Below, piece by piece: positions 32,601-33,522 of a DNA stretch of 33,522 nucleotides (its first letter is position 1; the number at the start of each line of letters is the position of its first letter). Position numbers and translations under genes: made by a program. Source of the stretch: a virus. The DNA lies in the IMG/VR virus record IMGVR_UViG_3300023180_000010. One strand, 5' to 3'. The notes beneath the pieces were generated by a model. That model was not told the origin of the DNA. It saw only the letters and a list, made by a program, of their open reading frames with translations, and made no database searches.

Positions 32601-33522
32601 GGTTTCTTGCTTCTTGCGAATCTCTAACTCTTCACGAGCCTTCATCATGCGAGTTTCATATTCGTTGATAGACTTCTCCATGCCACGAATACGTCCGTCA
32701 ATGATTCGCCTTGCCGCAAAGACATCACCATCAGCATCTTTCAATGCCTTTTGGTATGCGTCATTGCCGCTCATCTCATCAATTTCTTTGCGCAGACGTT
32801 CAATCGTCTTTGGCCTACGCTTGAGCATTACATTGAGTTCATCTACCTGCTTGCCAGCAAAGGGGCGTTCTTTTGTTGGCCCAACAAAGTCAGCAATGTC
32901 TAAGCCTTCACGCTCTAACTCTGCTTGAAACTCTTCAATCTCTTTGGCTGTCTTTTTGATCGACCGACTGCGCAATGCGCTAGGTATAGAAATCAAACCA
33001 CCCAGCGCCATGCCAGAGACAAATGCGCCGCCAATATTTATAGCGGATTCTTCTGCTGTGCCGAGGGGATCAAACGGTGCGCGAATAATCTCAGCACCAC
33101 CTTGGATAGCGGCAAGCGATGTACCAGTACGCAATGCAGAACGCAACAAACCGCCAGTAGGTGCAAAAGGTAATGCAACTGCATTAATGGGGTCAAACAA
33201 TCCAGCAACGAATTGTGTTCCAAATGAGGCATTGTAGATTACTTGGCGGCGTTCATTGTTAGCATCAATCTCAGACTTGAGGCGTTGCATATGTTCTCTG
33301 TTCTGCGCATCAAGCAAGAATGACTTATGCTCTTCATAGCCCTGCATGTCATCAAGCGGATTGTATCCAACCTCGACCTGATCGCCGTATCGAATCTTAT
33401 TAGAAAGATAGTTATATAGCGGAGAGTATGCGTAAGCATTCATAGCACCAATGGTTTCAAACAAACCTGACGGTGCTTTTGCCTGAGTCTTACTAAAGAT
33501 AATAGGCTGAATGTTATTCGGG
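29685..33522 (-). CDS. Main body of the giant internal virion/ejection protein. The whole protein is 1,543 aa on the circular map, and HExxH lies at 30513..30527
   Basis: The frame is open from the window end to the TAA at 29685. It joins 1..921 in frame. The listed TTG start at 33464 is internal. Motif FVMMHEITH with a downstream YENE. Confidence 0.85.
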   Translation of the reverse strand, partial: PNNIQPIIFSKTQAKAPSGLFETIGAMNAYAYSPLYNYLSNKIRYGDQVEVGYNPLDDMQGYEEHKSFLLDAQNREHMQRLKSEIDANNERRQVIYNASFGTQFVAGLFDPINAVALPFAPTGGLLRSALRTGTSLAAIQGGAEIIRAPFDPLGTAEESAINIGGAFVSGMALGGLISIPSALRSRSIKKTAKEIEEFQAELEREGLDIADFVGPTKERPFAGKQVDELNVMLKRRPKTIERLRKEIDEMSGNDAYQKALKDADGDVFAARRIIDGRIRGMEKSINEYETRMMKAREELEIRKKQETKLEEMGFGVEDPAGIVEDAFTKSWMYKGVTTPVKRFLQSKKLTTADKLDMIRLAGDSGILLNMHKFGMTNGSSVYQSAQVHNGTWAKSHRTLQELWARDTGAEVRRILDYETTNFGRGLSKKFQPEKVTYEEWLDDLGDMYMRGEENLTDLQREAITEIRRFFKDWEVDLRSEGLIGDTKALNNRVIGLEDDIEVYQGRLDALRTQKRVSPQRVEFLEARLARKQMELEEIQDALQLARETPVKPANEEVMFPRFWNKDYIRENREALEQILFDWYLSNPYVFQRNATTGKYERIKLSTDPEMVMGRAKKSVDEILGLTDVTDDANAFYGYGKSKHFRHRTIDIPNKLVTEFIVKNPVTVMKAYTARVAPKYEFSKKFGGRNIEEVLDDMTDRLYDKGLNTREIFAARKDFRHMYDRVVGSVLRDPDAMNQTTANIMRFGAESNYLGSAGFSTLPDAAKIIMEHELSTVGKAMLSLLEKGRFTELMSGKEGKLAGEILEIEMGSAHMRLVEDTLNNPLNKSILDTGRNIAYTLNLLAPMTNIMKRLESLTRGHTIIDYSIKYSKGQASEFEIQYLARYNIDKNMATEIANAPYDVTKSGLYLPNTDAWADAIQFPATKAAVERGPTGKFKGDRYVPAFYRRNENKIYIDEDYIKNTAFPAKVWTKPKLEGVEPLDVDAFRTPQEYVNFVMMHEITHTNVSAGDLKIDLTKKGGTAAYENEINRIALEEMRKQQKVRKETTQSFREAMNSGIMNTILMGTPADKPIITDGVVYLPMNVAKRFGMKEDAQYTGYARIENAFLGMPFQFMSYSLAAANKITAAYSQNQIRNRAAGVMTSLAMGYAVLYIKTPDFVWDKMTERDKFARAFDASGLAALYSDMFYESLAMSSAFGMPDISGGLIQPKFPEDDPYAAVIGGVGGAGPSITYDQFQAARQFINGEYGEGAKNFVRELPYARLWFLRDTMNEMTRGWAR
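33396..33522. repeat. Terminal direct repeat, copy 2 (identical to 1..127)
   Basis: Exact identity, read directly. Confidence 0.9.

Overview
This window is a complete, circularly closed tailed-phage genome. Bases 1..127 are identical to 33396..33522, so the unique length is 33,395 bp.

The genome has two arms.
- Minus-strand late arm (crosses the window junction): terS, a run of small, mostly basic genes, terL, portal, scaffold, capsid, T7-like tail tubular A and B, three internal virion (ejection) proteins, a 1,303-aa tail fibre, fibre accessory genes, a cassette of small membrane proteins with a holin-like gene, and a separately promoted HTH-metallophosphoesterase.
- Plus-strand early arm (about 14.7-21.9 kb): small early genes, a DUF932-like protein, several HTH and Zn-ribbon regulators, a PD-(D/E)xK nuclease/DnaT-like protein, a loader-like protein, a YqaJ-type exonuclease, a Rad52-like annealase, and a protein ending in the bacterial SSB tip DDVIPF.

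Most genes are translationally coupled through TAATG, TGATG or ATGA junctions. Plus-strand genes share a GGAGAAC-type Shine-Dalgarno sequence. I saw no DNA or RNA polymerase, primase/helicase, integrase, tRNA or CRISPR array.

Main leads:
1. The largest gene (1,543 aa across the junction) starts with a pesticin/T4-lysozyme-like muramidase domain. An A10 run follows that domain directly, and stop codons lie 2-3 codons away in both shifted frames. No separate endolysin gene is visible, so slippage might produce a free lysin.
2. The same giant protein carries an HExxH zincin motif, giving a polyvalent ejection-protein layout.
3. An unlisted 55-aa ORF with a strong SD lies inside the 86-aa ORF between terS and terL. 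It appears to be the N-terminal half of a family whose C-terminal half is the next gene.
4. An SSB-tipped, non-canonical DNA-binding candidate sits in the recombination module.
5. A structured GC-rich leader and a G-quadruplex-capable motif lie in the divergent control region.
6. The tail fibre contains about three dozen 10-residue repeats whose codons have diverged synonymously.

All functional calls rest on motifs read by eye and on synteny. None was verified by a database search.
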